Shown here: piece by piece, positions 36,321-44,918 of the stretch
How the letters are laid out: the number at the start of each line of letters is the position of its first letter
Numbering within the stretch: position 1 is the first letter of the stretch
Source of the DNA: Candidatus Micrarchaeia archaeon
Lineage (GTDB): Archaea; Micrarchaeota; Micrarchaeia; Anstonellales; Bilamarchaeaceae
NCBI GenBank assembly: GCA_041653635.1
Contig: JBAZFC010000001.1
Coordinates: 902,969 to 966,968 of the forward strand
Length of the DNA stretch: 64,000 nt
Reading direction: 5' to 3'
Notes under the pieces: generated by a model
Told to the model about the DNA's origin: nothing
The model's input: only the letters and a program-made list of their open reading frames with translations
Database searches by the model: none
Position numbers and translations under genes: made by a program

Positions 36321-36580
36321 GCAGGATGCGCGTGGAGGGATACGACGTCGTGGTGGTGTCCGAGGGCGGAATCTTTACCGCTTACGTGCCCAAGCTTCCT
36401 GGATGCGCGGCCCGCTGCAAGGCGGAGGAAAGGGAACACCTCGCCTTCCTTGTCGCGAGGGCGATAGCAAATCATCTAATCTCCGCAATAGTGTCCAGGC
36501 AGGAGAGGGAACTGCTGCCTCCTGCGATGAGGCGGGATGAGAAACTCAACATTGAGCCGCCGAAGGAAGAGGAACCATAA
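36317..36580 (+). CDS. hicB: HicB-family (UPF0150) antitoxin-like protein
   Basis: 'YDVVVVSEGGIFTAYVPKLPGCAARCKAEEREHLAFLVARAI' matches the HicB N-terminal pattern (....GG.....P.LPGC...G.T.EEA......AI). Confidence 0.6.
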   Translation: MSRMRVEGYDVVVVSEGGIFTAYVPKLPGCAARCKAEEREHLAFLVARAIANHLISAIVSRQERELLPPAMRRDEKLNIEPPKEEEP

Positions 36581-36634
36581 CCCCGCGCAAACCCTTTTAT
36601 TCCTTATTTACCAATCTGGCTGCAGGTGGAATGA

Positions 36635-37618
36635 ATGTCTGAAACCTTAGTGATAGAAGAGGCGCTGGTGAAGGAAATCCTCCAGATGAAGGACGTAATC
36701 CCCGCGGTTGAGACCGCATTCAGGGAGAGGGGGCACGGCAACGTGGAGATGCCGCCGAAGATGTACATAATGTACCCGACCGGGGATTTGAGGGTGATGC
36801 CAGCATATTTGAAAAATCTTAAGCAGAGCGGGCTGAAGGCGGTTACCGTTTTTCCGAATAATCCTAAGGAGAAGAACATCCCGACAGTTCTTGCGACCGT
36901 AATCCTGGTGGATGTGGACAGCGGTGTGCCGCTCGCGGTGATGGGCGGCTCATGGCTCACCGCGATGAGGACGGGCGCGGCGGGCGCAATCGCGACCAAG
37001 CACCTCGCGAAAAAGGGCGCGAAGAACATCGCGTTCGTAGGGACCGGGATGCAGGCGCACACCCAGCTGATGGCGCACAAGGAGGTCATGAAGATAGAGA
37101 AGGTCTATGCGGTGGATGCGAACGCGGCGAGCGCGGAAAAATTCGTGGAGTTCGCGAAATCGCTGGGGTTCCAGGCGGAGGTTGCGAACGGTGCGAAGGC
37201 GTGCGCGGATTCGGATGTGCTCATCACCACCACGCCGGTGCACCAGCCGATAGTGAAGAAGGAGTGGATACACCCCGGGATGCACATAAACGCAATCGGG
37301 GCGGACGCGCCTGGAAAGGAGGAGCTGGAACCGGAAATCCTCACGCAGGCAAAGGTCGTAATAGACGACTGGGAGCAGGCGTCCCACTCCGGCGAGATAA
37401 ACGTCCCTGTTTCAAAGAAGATGATTTCCAGGGAAAACATCGCCGCGGAGCTCGGGGATATCGTTGCTGGGAAGAAAACCGCCCGCACAAGCGACGCGGA
37501 TGTTACAGTATTTGACTCCACCGGGCTTGGGATTCAGGACATCGTCACTGCAACAATAGTGTTGGAAAAGGCGAAGGCGCAGAACAAGGGGATTAAAGTA
37601 AAACTGGCGACGCTCTAG
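36635..37618 (+). CDS. ornithine cyclodeaminase/mu-crystallin family enzyme (archaeal alanine dehydrogenase-like)
   Basis: 'GDLRVMPAY', 'WLTAMRTGAAGAIATKHLA', 'IAFVGTGMQA' and 'INAIGADAPGKEEL' are OCD/mu-crystallin motifs. Confidence 0.85.
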   Translation: MSETLVIEEALVKEILQMKDVIPAVETAFRERGHGNVEMPPKMYIMYPTGDLRVMPAYLKNLKQSGLKAVTVFPNNPKEKNIPTVLATVILVDVDSGVPLAVMGGSWLTAMRTGAAGAIATKHLAKKGAKNIAFVGTGMQAHTQLMAHKEVMKIEKVYAVDANAASAEKFVEFAKSLGFQAEVANGAKACADSDVLITTTPVHQPIVKKEWIHPGMHINAIGADAPGKEELEPEILTQAKVVIDDWEQASHSGEINVPVSKKMISRENIAAELGDIVAGKKTARTSDADVTVFDSTGLGIQDIVTATIVLEKAKAQNKGIKVKLATL

Positions 37619-38181
37619 GCGCTCAGCTTTTCCGCCTTTGAGATGCCTTGCGCAAGCATGGAGTGGCCGGGGTAAAGGCTGGCACTCTCTGCCAGCACCT
37701 GCTCCGCGCCAGCAACGCACCCCAGCATGAAATGGGGATGCCTGCCGGAATTCACATCGCTTGCGATATCCCTCAGTTTTATTAGGGGCACCTGCAGCAC
37801 GAACAGGTGGCATTCGCGGCCGTTGCCGCATGCGGGCGCGTAGCATTCCGAAACCTGGTCCTTGGAGGCCTTCAGCCCGAGCTGCGAAATGGATATGCGT
37901 CGCAGCGATTCAAGCGGATTTTCCCCATCCTCCACTATCCCAGACGGGCCCAGCGCCTTTCCGCCCTGCTTTTTGTAGAGCAGGAGGAATTTGGGCTTCC
38001 CTGAATCATAGGACATCACTACGAGAGAGCAGGCGGGAAGGGCCATCTCCCGGGCGAGGGTGAGAGATTCCATCTGCCTCTGCTTCCTTGCGAGGATTTG
38101 CAAGAAGGACGACCGGGCGTTCCTGAGCCGCAGCTCCTCCAGGATTGGCCTTTCGGTGCTGGTCGGTTTTGGTTCCGGCAT
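37615..38181 (-). CDS. hypothetical protein with degenerate Nudix-like box
   Basis: 'GGKALGPSGIVEDGENPLESLRRISISQLGL' fits G-x5-E-x7 of the Nudix box but lacks REx2EE. It is the last gene of the minus-strand run IPK -> 38853-38236 -> this ORF. The ORF is open to 38223. Confidence 0.35.
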   Translation of the reverse strand: MPEPKPTSTERPILEELRLRNARSSFLQILARKQRQMESLTLAREMALPACSLVVMSYDSGKPKFLLLYKKQGGKALGPSGIVEDGENPLESLRRISISQLGLKASKDQVSECYAPACGNGRECHLFVLQVPLIKLRDIASDVNSGRHPHFMLGCVAGAEQVLAESASLYPGHSMLAQGISKAEKLSA

Positions 38182-38235
38182 ATGGAAGATGATTTGTGTT
38201 AAAAAGTTTATAAAACAGTGCATTATGGTGCAGGA

Positions 38236-38853
38236 TTAGTGCACTGGGAGAAGCTCAACTTGCACAAGCGGGCTGCCGCTTTCGCGCGATGACGCAGCCG
38301 CCAGGAAAACGCCGATGCTTGTTATGCTAATATATGCCTGCTTGGAATGGATGAGCATGCCCATGACGGCATTTGGCACGCGGTAATCCCCTAAGAGTGC
38401 CCTTATCTTCTCCTCCGAGGCGGCCATCATGGTCGCGTCCGGTCTGCCGCGCTTCACTGCGTCCGTATCCGGCACTTCGCCGTACCAGCCGAGGTCCTCC
38501 AGGAATATGCGCACTTCGCCCCTTTCCGATATCTTTGCAATCACATCAACCCTCCCATCCCGTGCAAGCAGGATTCTATCGCCAACAATCTGTAATTGCA
38601 GCAACGGGTCGGCAGCGGCAATCGCGTTAAGGGCGTTGCATATCCTCAGCATCAGCGCATTTGATACTCCGGTCACACGCACAAGCACCCCGTCCGGAGC
38701 CGGCTTCGGGCCTGAGGATGCCTGCGTGGTTGGGATTGGTGTCGGCGTGTTATTCTTTGCCCTTGCCGCAGGAGTGGGCGGCGGACGCGCGGCCTGCTTA
38801 TAGCCAGCAGGAGGGGGCGGCGGGCCCCTGCGTGCGCCATTATCATCAGCCAT
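38236..38853 (-). CDS. hypothetical protein with Pro-rich N-terminus
   Basis: 205-aa ORF, 35 nt downstream of the IPK gene. No recognised motif. Confidence 0.45.
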   Translation of the reverse strand: MADDNGARRGPPPPPAGYKQAARPPPTPAARAKNNTPTPIPTTQASSGPKPAPDGVLVRVTGVSNALMLRICNALNAIAAADPLLQLQIVGDRILLARDGRVDVIAKISERGEVRIFLEDLGWYGEVPDTDAVKRGRPDATMMAASEEKIRALLGDYRVPNAVMGMLIHSKQAYISITSIGVFLAAASSRESGSPLVQVELLPVH

Positions 38854-38888
38854 ACGGCAATAATATGGGAAAGAGTGTTTTTAACTGT

Positions 38889-39641
38889 TTAGTCCACAAG
38901 CGTGCAAATCGCCTTCTCGCCCTTGAGGAGTTTCTCTATCCGCTCCGGGTGCAAGGCATTGGCGATGTAGGCCGGCTTCCCGATTTTGAGCAGCTCCTCC
39001 AGCTTGCCGCGCATCCCGCCGGTCACGTCGGCGGTTTCCGCGCCCTTCACGTGGGTGAATATTCTTTGGATATTTCCCTGGTTTATTTCCGGGACGATTT
39101 TTCCGTCCGCCATTATCCCATCAATATTTGTGCCGAGGATTACCCTCTCCGCTTCCTTCCCAAAATATGAAACCAATTGGTCGCCGGAGCAGACCGCCCC
39201 CCCCTTTTTTTCGTCAAGCATCATGTCCCCGTGCAGCACCGGAAGGAAGCCGAAGGAAAGGAGGGAGAAAACTACTCCGGAATTGAGTTCGCTTATCCTT
39301 CCGTTGGATAATTTCCCGATGGAGGCGGGGGGCACTGCAACCGCAGGAACGCCGTTCTCCAGCAACGCATCCACCACCGCCTGGGAAAGCCGCGTGCATG
39401 CGGCATGCGTGAGCGCCATCCCTTCCTTCTGGGCGTCGGTCCGCACGCCTGCATCCAACTTGTATTTGAGCACCAGGGGGTGCCCGAAGGAGCCCGCGCC
39501 ATGGATCAGGATGAAGTCGCGGATTCCGCCCTTCCACGCACCTCCGAGCATCCGCGCCAGCGCATCTATGTTCTTCTGGTCCAGCTCCATGTACCCGTTC
39601 TTTTTTGTGAGCACGGAACCGCCCAGTTTCAGGACCTGCAT
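38889..39641 (-). CDS. isopentenyl phosphate kinase (amino-acid-kinase fold)
   Basis: 'VLKLGGSVLT', 'ILIHGAGSFGH', 'GDMM' and 'DVTGGM' with ~250-aa length match IPK. It lies divergent from the ubiX/ubiD/acnX genes. Confidence 0.8.
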   Translation of the reverse strand: MQVLKLGGSVLTKKNGYMELDQKNIDALARMLGGAWKGGIRDFILIHGAGSFGHPLVLKYKLDAGVRTDAQKEGMALTHAACTRLSQAVVDALLENGVPAVAVPPASIGKLSNGRISELNSGVVFSLLSFGFLPVLHGDMMLDEKKGGAVCSGDQLVSYFGKEAERVILGTNIDGIMADGKIVPEINQGNIQRIFTHVKGAETADVTGGMRGKLEELLKIGKPAYIANALHPERIEKLLKGEKAICTLVD

Positions 39642-39692
39642 AAGAAGAATACATAAGGGAAGGTTAAAAAAGAAGGGCTAACGAATTCAATT

Positions 39693-40229
39693 ATGCGCAT
39701 AGTGGTCGCGATAAGCGGCGCCTCGGGCACCACGTATGGGGTGCGGCTTGTGGAGGCGCTGAAAAGGCTCGGGCACACCGTTTTCGTAGTGATAAGCGGG
39801 CCCGCCAGGAAAGTCGCAAAATATGAGGGCGTGAAATTGCCCAAAGCAGATTTTAAGGAGAGCGAGATTGATGCCCCGTTTGCATCCGGCTCCAATTCGC
39901 CGGATGTGATGATTATTGCACCCTGCTCTTTGAAGACGCTGGGGAATGTGGCGAACGGCACGGGGAGCGGATTGATTGACCGTGCCGCTGAAGTAATGCT
40001 CAAGGAGAGGAAAAAACTCATATTATTGGTTCGGGAGACGCCCCTTTCGCTCGTTGCGATTGAGAATATGGCGAAGGCATCGCTCGCTGGCGCCATAATA
40101 ATGCCCGCGGCCCCCGGCTTTTATGCAAAACATAAGGACGTTTCACAATTAGTTGATTTTATGGTCGGGAAGGTGCTGGACCAGGCGGGAGTGAAACATA
40201 ACCTGTACAAAAGATGGAGAGGGAAGTGA
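39693..40229 (+). CDS. ubiX: flavin prenyltransferase UbiX
   Basis: 'MRIVVAISGASG..YGVRL', 'APCSLKTLGNVANG' and 'RKKLILLVRETPLS' are UbiX/Pad1 motifs. Confidence 0.9.
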   Translation: MRIVVAISGASGTTYGVRLVEALKRLGHTVFVVISGPARKVAKYEGVKLPKADFKESEIDAPFASGSNSPDVMIIAPCSLKTLGNVANGTGSGLIDRAAEVMLKERKKLILLVRETPLSLVAIENMAKASLAGAIIMPAAPGFYAKHKDVSQLVDFMVGKVLDQAGVKHNLYKRWRGK

Positions 40230-40233
40230 TATT

Positions 40234-41523
40234 ATGAAAGGTTCTTTTCGCGATTTTGTAAAGGAATTGGAGGAGAAAAAGCAGCTTCTGCGCCTTAAGA
40301 AGAAGGTCTCCAAGAACCTTGAGCTTGCGGCGGTCATGAAAGCCAAGGAGGATACGCCTATATTTGCGCCGGAAGTCGGCGGTGCGGAATTCTCCGCGGT
40401 TGGGAATGTGTTTGCGACGAGGGAATTGGTTGCACAGTACCTTGGGTGTAGGGTGGATGAGATAACACGTAAATTGGCCGATGCAATCAACCATCCATCA
40501 AAGCCAAAATCCGCAAAAACATCGCCCGCGCTTGAAACCACTGTTTCCTCTCTGGATAAACTTCCCATTCCTTACCATACCGAGAAGGATGGCGGGCCTT
40601 ACATCTGCTCCGGAATAGTGATTGCGAAGGACAAGGAATACGGAACCAACTGCTCCTTCCATCGGATGATGCAATTGAATGGGGATAGGATGGTTTTGCG
40701 CATACTTCCCAGGCATCTGGACGCATTCCTGGAAAGGGCTGGGGGGGCGCTGGATGTGGCGGTCATTATCGGTTCTCCAATAAATGTGATGCTTGCTTCC
40801 GCCGTATCCACCAAGATTGGGACGAATGAATTGGAAATAGCAAATTCCCTTGCGCCATTTGAGACCGTGAAATTGGAAAACGGAATAGAGGTGCCTGCGG
40901 ATGTGGAATTCATCTTTGAGGCGAGGATTACGAAGGAATTGGTGAACGAGGGGCCGTTTGTTGATTTGACGGACACTTACGACATTGTGCGCAGGCAGCA
41001 CGTAATGGAAGTGAAGAAAATACATGCGAGAAAAGATGCGCTCTTCCATGTATTGCTTCCAGGGGGGATGGAACATAAGGTCCTGATGGGGATGCCGCGC
41101 GAGCCCACGATATTTAATGAAGTAAATAAGGTCGTGGAGTGCAAGGGAGTGAGCATCACTCCGGGCGGGTGCTCGTGGCTGCATGGAGTTGTTGCCATTC
41201 ATAAAAAGAGTGAGGAGGATGGAAAAAAGGCGATAGAAGCGGCATTCAAGGGGCACGCGTCCATGAAGCACGTTGTGGTTGTGGATGACGACGTGGATAT
41301 TCACAAAATGGAGGAAGTGGAGTGGGCAATTGCCACCCGCTTCCAGGGGGACCGCGGACTAGTAGTAAAGCCGCATGAGAAGGGCTCTTCTTTGGACCCG
41401 TCCGCAAATCCGGATACAAGAGAAACCACCAAGGTTGGAGTGGACGCTACCGCCCCCCTGAAAAACAGGGCGGCGTTCAACAGGGCGAAATATAAAAAGG
41501 TAAAAATAGAGGACTACCTTTAG
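40234..41523 (+). CDS. UbiD-family decarboxylase (candidate trans-anhydromevalonate-5-phosphate decarboxylase)
   Basis: ~430-aa UbiD-like sequence ('DGGPYICSGIVIAKD','NCSFHRMM','EGPFVDLTDTY'), sandwiched between ubiX and the aconitase-X genes. Confidence 0.8.
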   Translation: MKGSFRDFVKELEEKKQLLRLKKKVSKNLELAAVMKAKEDTPIFAPEVGGAEFSAVGNVFATRELVAQYLGCRVDEITRKLADAINHPSKPKSAKTSPALETTVSSLDKLPIPYHTEKDGGPYICSGIVIAKDKEYGTNCSFHRMMQLNGDRMVLRILPRHLDAFLERAGGALDVAVIIGSPINVMLASAVSTKIGTNELEIANSLAPFETVKLENGIEVPADVEFIFEARITKELVNEGPFVDLTDTYDIVRRQHVMEVKKIHARKDALFHVLLPGGMEHKVLMGMPREPTIFNEVNKVVECKGVSITPGGCSWLHGVVAIHKKSEEDGKKAIEAAFKGHASMKHVVVVDDDVDIHKMEEVEWAIATRFQGDRGLVVKPHEKGSSLDPSANPDTRETTKVGVDATAPLKNRAAFNRAKYKKVKIEDYL

Positions 41524-41574
41524 TCGGCATTAGACGTAGATAGTTATTTATACTCCCCAAGGGGATATCTGCTT

Positions 41575-42786
41575 ATGGAGCCCGAACTCACCAAAAAAGA
41601 GAGATGCATGCTCAACGGCGAGTGCGGGCCAGGCAAGCAGCAGGCGATGGAGATACTTGTTGCGCTTGCTAAGATTTACGGCGCAAAGAATATGGTTCCA
41701 GTTACTTCTGCGCAAATATCCGGAGTTTCCTACAAAACAATAGGGGATGCGGGATTGGAATACCTGGAAGACCTCGCATCTAGGAATACTAAAGTTGAAG
41801 TTCCTGCTTACCTAAATCCAATTGGGATGGACTCCCAGGGCTGGGAGGAGATGAAGGTCCCGAAGGCATTTGCGGAGAAGCAGCTCAAGATTCTGAACGC
41901 ATACACCTCCATGGGCATAAGGCCCACCTGCACATGCACGCCTTATCTTATCGGAGTGAGGCCGAAGGTTGGCGAGCACATTGCGTGGGCGGAAAGCTCC
42001 GCTGTGGTGTTCTCAAATTCCGTGCTGGGGGCGCGCACGAACAGGGAAGGGGGGCCTTCCGCGCTTTATGCAGCTATATGCGGGGTTACGCCCAATTACG
42101 GAATGCACCTAGACGAGAACAGGATTGCGGACCTCGTGGTGGATGTGAAGGTCGCGCTGCCGGACAGGAGTGATTTTGGCGTGCTTGGAGCAATTGCCGG
42201 GGGAATTGCGCGCGGAAGGGTGGTCGCATTCAAGGGCATAAAGAAGGCGGATGAGGATAAATTGAAATACCTGGGTGCCGCGATGGCCGCATTCGGCTCA
42301 AACTCATTATTTTTCATAAAGGGGATTACTCCAGAATGGAAGGTGCGCAGCGGGGCTGAGGAGATAACAGTGGATGATGCGGAGATGGGGCGCATGAGGA
42401 AAACCCTGGACGAGTGCCCCGAGGAAGATATAATTACTACTGGCTGCCCGCACGCATCCCTCGCGGAAATAAAGGAGATTGCGGGGATGGTGCGCGGCAA
42501 GGAATTGAAGAAACCGCTCTGGGTCTGCGTCTCGCGGGCGGTGAAGGAGATTGCGGCGAAGCAGGGGCTTGTGAAGATTATTGAAAAGGCCGGCGGAAAA
42601 TTGGTCGCGGACACATGCATGGTTGTTTCGCCCATGGAAGAGATGGGCTACAAGAGCACGGGCGTGAATTCCGCAAAGGCGGTGAAATACCTGCCCACGA
42701 TGTGCCAGCAGAAGGTGCATTTCGCGAAATTGAGGGATTTGCTGGAATTCAAAGGCGCGGCGGAGAAAGGGGGCAAGAGAAAATGA
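41575..42786 (+). CDS. aconitase X catalytic subunit (DUF521; candidate phosphomevalonate dehydratase large subunit)
   Basis: 403 aa. 'LNGECGPGKQQAMEILVALAKIYGA..MVPVTSAQISGVSY' and a conserved Cys-containing core are typical of AcnX type IIb. Confidence 0.8.
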   Translation: MEPELTKKERCMLNGECGPGKQQAMEILVALAKIYGAKNMVPVTSAQISGVSYKTIGDAGLEYLEDLASRNTKVEVPAYLNPIGMDSQGWEEMKVPKAFAEKQLKILNAYTSMGIRPTCTCTPYLIGVRPKVGEHIAWAESSAVVFSNSVLGARTNREGGPSALYAAICGVTPNYGMHLDENRIADLVVDVKVALPDRSDFGVLGAIAGGIARGRVVAFKGIKKADEDKLKYLGAAMAAFGSNSLFFIKGITPEWKVRSGAEEITVDDAEMGRMRKTLDECPEEDIITTGCPHASLAEIKEIAGMVRGKELKKPLWVCVSRAVKEIAAKQGLVKIIEKAGGKLVADTCMVVSPMEEMGYKSTGVNSAKAVKYLPTMCQQKVHFAKLRDLLEFKGAAEKGGKRK

Positions 42787-43178
42787 TTGTAAAGGGTAGG
42801 ATTATTTCCGGCGGGCATGCGAAGGGCCCCGTACTGGTCACGATGGACCCCATCTCCTTCCTCGGGAGCGTGGACCCCAAGACCGGAATAGTGATTGAGA
42901 GCGGGCACTCCCTACAAGGGAAGAGCATCTCTGGAAGGGTGCTTGTGTTCCCGCGGGGGAAGGGCTCCACCGTCGGCTCGTACGTGATATTGCAATTGAA
43001 GAAGAACGGGGTTGCCCCGCTTGCGATAATCAACTTGGAAGCGGAAACCATAATCGCGGTGGGCGCAATCATCTCCAAAATCCCCATGCTGGACATGCTG
43101 GAAAAGGATCCGTATGAGATATTCAAGAACGGCATGATGGTTGAAGTGGATGCGGTGAAGGGGGAGGTAAGGTTCTGA
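42783..43178 (+). CDS. aconitase X swivel subunit (DUF126; phosphomevalonate dehydratase small subunit)
   Basis: 131 aa. 'G.AKGPVLVT.DPISFLG.VDP.TG' and 'GRVLVFPRGKGSTVGSYVI' match. ATGA overlap with the large-subunit stop. Confidence 0.8.
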   Translation: MIVKGRIISGGHAKGPVLVTMDPISFLGSVDPKTGIVIESGHSLQGKSISGRVLVFPRGKGSTVGSYVILQLKKNGVAPLAIINLEAETIIAVGAIISKIPMLDMLEKDPYEIFKNGMMVEVDAVKGEVRF

Positions 43179-43556
43179 ATGTACCATTACAGGAAGGGCG
43201 CCGGCGCCGAGAGGGAACTCATAAAGATGTTCTCGGACCGCGGCTTCATGGTGGTGCGCGCGGCGGGGAGCGGCGTGAATTCCCTTTCCCCGGATTTGCT
43301 CGCGTTCAAGAGCTCCGCGCACTATGCGATTGAGAGCAAGGCATGGGAGAATGATCGCCTCGCGATAAAGAGGGATCAGTTCGAAAATCTGAAGAAATGG
43401 ACGGAGACGGCGGGGATTACGACTTTTATCGCATGGAGGAGGAACAGGGAGAGATGGGTGTTCATTCCCCTTTCCGTGTTTAAGGAGGCGAAAGAGAGCT
43501 ACACAATCGGATGGGAGGATGCGAAACTGATTGGAAGGGACATCTCCGACCTCTAA
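43179..43556 (+). CDS. hjc: Holliday junction resolvase Hjc
   Basis: 'KGAGAERELIKMFSDRGFMVVRAAGSG....PDLLAF......AIESKA' is the Hjc nuclease motif set. The start abuts the preceding stop. Confidence 0.85.
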   Translation: MYHYRKGAGAERELIKMFSDRGFMVVRAAGSGVNSLSPDLLAFKSSAHYAIESKAWENDRLAIKRDQFENLKKWTETAGITTFIAWRRNRERWVFIPLSVFKEAKESYTIGWEDAKLIGRDISDL

Positions 43557-44893
43557 TTGCAAACCTTGGTGGTAGGATCGCCCAGAAGCGTCATTCTCTC
43601 AACGAAATACCGGGCAAATTCGTACTTGTCATCCTGTGAATTCCATACTTCCTGGCTAACCGTAAGTTCATAATTGTCTATCAAGGCGCTCACAAATGCC
43701 TCGCCCAGGCGTTTGTTTCTGCAGTTTTCAAAGAAAGCAGGGACGAATTCGTAATCAAACCCGTATCCCCCATTTCTTGTCGCCCCTATGGCAGCTACCG
43801 CCCCGTTTTCCCCGACAACCATCTCTTCGGAGATGCTCCTTTGGGAGGATGCGTAATTCACAGTGTCGCATCCGCCAGAAAATAAAATGGTCGGTTTAAT
43901 CTTATTATCCAGATAGCCGATGTCGCCTATTGTGAAGACAGGGTGCAGGCTAAATGCTGATCCATGGCCGTAAAAGATTGAGAATTTGCTTCCGGAGTTA
44001 ATCTGGCTTGCGATGGACAGGGCATCAGCAGAATTCAACATTTTTACACGGTAGCCTTCATCGCTAATCCTATCGCCATGCGCCTCGGCATAAGCATCGT
44101 ACTCTGCGGAATAACCGAACAAAAATACGTCCGTAGGCCCGCGGTAGGATTCGTAATAATTGAGCTTCTCCAGCCAGCGGTTTGCTTCATCCGGATTCTG
44201 GACGGGAATCCTGCCGACAAAGAGGGTTGGCAGATCACTTTGTGGCAGAGCATAGGGCAAATCTGTGGGCGTCTCCAAAGTCCTAATTGGATTTTCGCTG
44301 TAAAAAGCAGGGATAAACGCCTGGTCCCCAAATAACAGGACATACTCCAGCCTCGGATGGCTACTGCGGTAATCATCCAGCCACGCAACTATCTCGTACT
44401 GGTCCCCGAAGTCTGAAACATCCTTAATCACAGTTTCGATTCCCTCCGCTTCCCTTTTCTTGGCAATGGCGGATGCAGGTTCGATAAATTCCCTTGGAGC
44501 GAGTATCAAAAACTCTGCGCCAGATATATCCGTTAGAAATTTTGTGACGCATTCATTTTCAATACAGACATGCTCCTCGTCGCATTGGGGATTGCTATAA
44601 AGGCATCCCTGTTTTGCGACACAGGCATTCGCAACACAATTATAGCTTTCTCCGCATGGGGGATTTTGGTACTCACAACCTGATTTTGGGGCGCATCTGT
44701 TATCTATGCAATCGTATCCTTGTGCGCATTCGGGAGTTTGATATGTGCAGCCAATCCCATATTCTATTGAGGCGTTCTGCTGTCCCTGCGATGTAGAATC
44801 CGGCACCTGCAAAGGCCGTGTCTCCTCAGGCTGGGTGCACCCATAAAGCAGGATCAGCAATGCCATAAGTGGCATGATTTTATCCATATGCAT
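43553..44893 (-). CDS. secreted lipoprotein: three Cys-knot modules plus clan CD (gingipain C25/clostripain-like) peptidase domain
   Basis: Lipobox 'LLYGCTQP'. Three modules: 'CTYQTPECAQGYDCIDNRC', 'CEYQNPPCGESYNCVANAC' and 'CLYSNPQCDEEHVCIENEC'. The catalytic-dyad-like motifs are 'IFYGHGS' and 'LFSGGCDT'. Confidence 0.6.
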   Translation of the reverse strand: MHMDKIMPLMALLILLYGCTQPEETRPLQVPDSTSQGQQNASIEYGIGCTYQTPECAQGYDCIDNRCAPKSGCEYQNPPCGESYNCVANACVAKQGCLYSNPQCDEEHVCIENECVTKFLTDISGAEFLILAPREFIEPASAIAKKREAEGIETVIKDVSDFGDQYEIVAWLDDYRSSHPRLEYVLLFGDQAFIPAFYSENPIRTLETPTDLPYALPQSDLPTLFVGRIPVQNPDEANRWLEKLNYYESYRGPTDVFLFGYSAEYDAYAEAHGDRISDEGYRVKMLNSADALSIASQINSGSKFSIFYGHGSAFSLHPVFTIGDIGYLDNKIKPTILFSGGCDTVNYASSQRSISEEMVVGENGAVAAIGATRNGGYGFDYEFVPAFFENCRNKRLGEAFVSALIDNYELTVSQEVWNSQDDKYEFARYFVERMTLLGDPTTKVCN

Positions 44894-44918
44894 ATGAACG
44901 GACTTCGGATATTTAACT

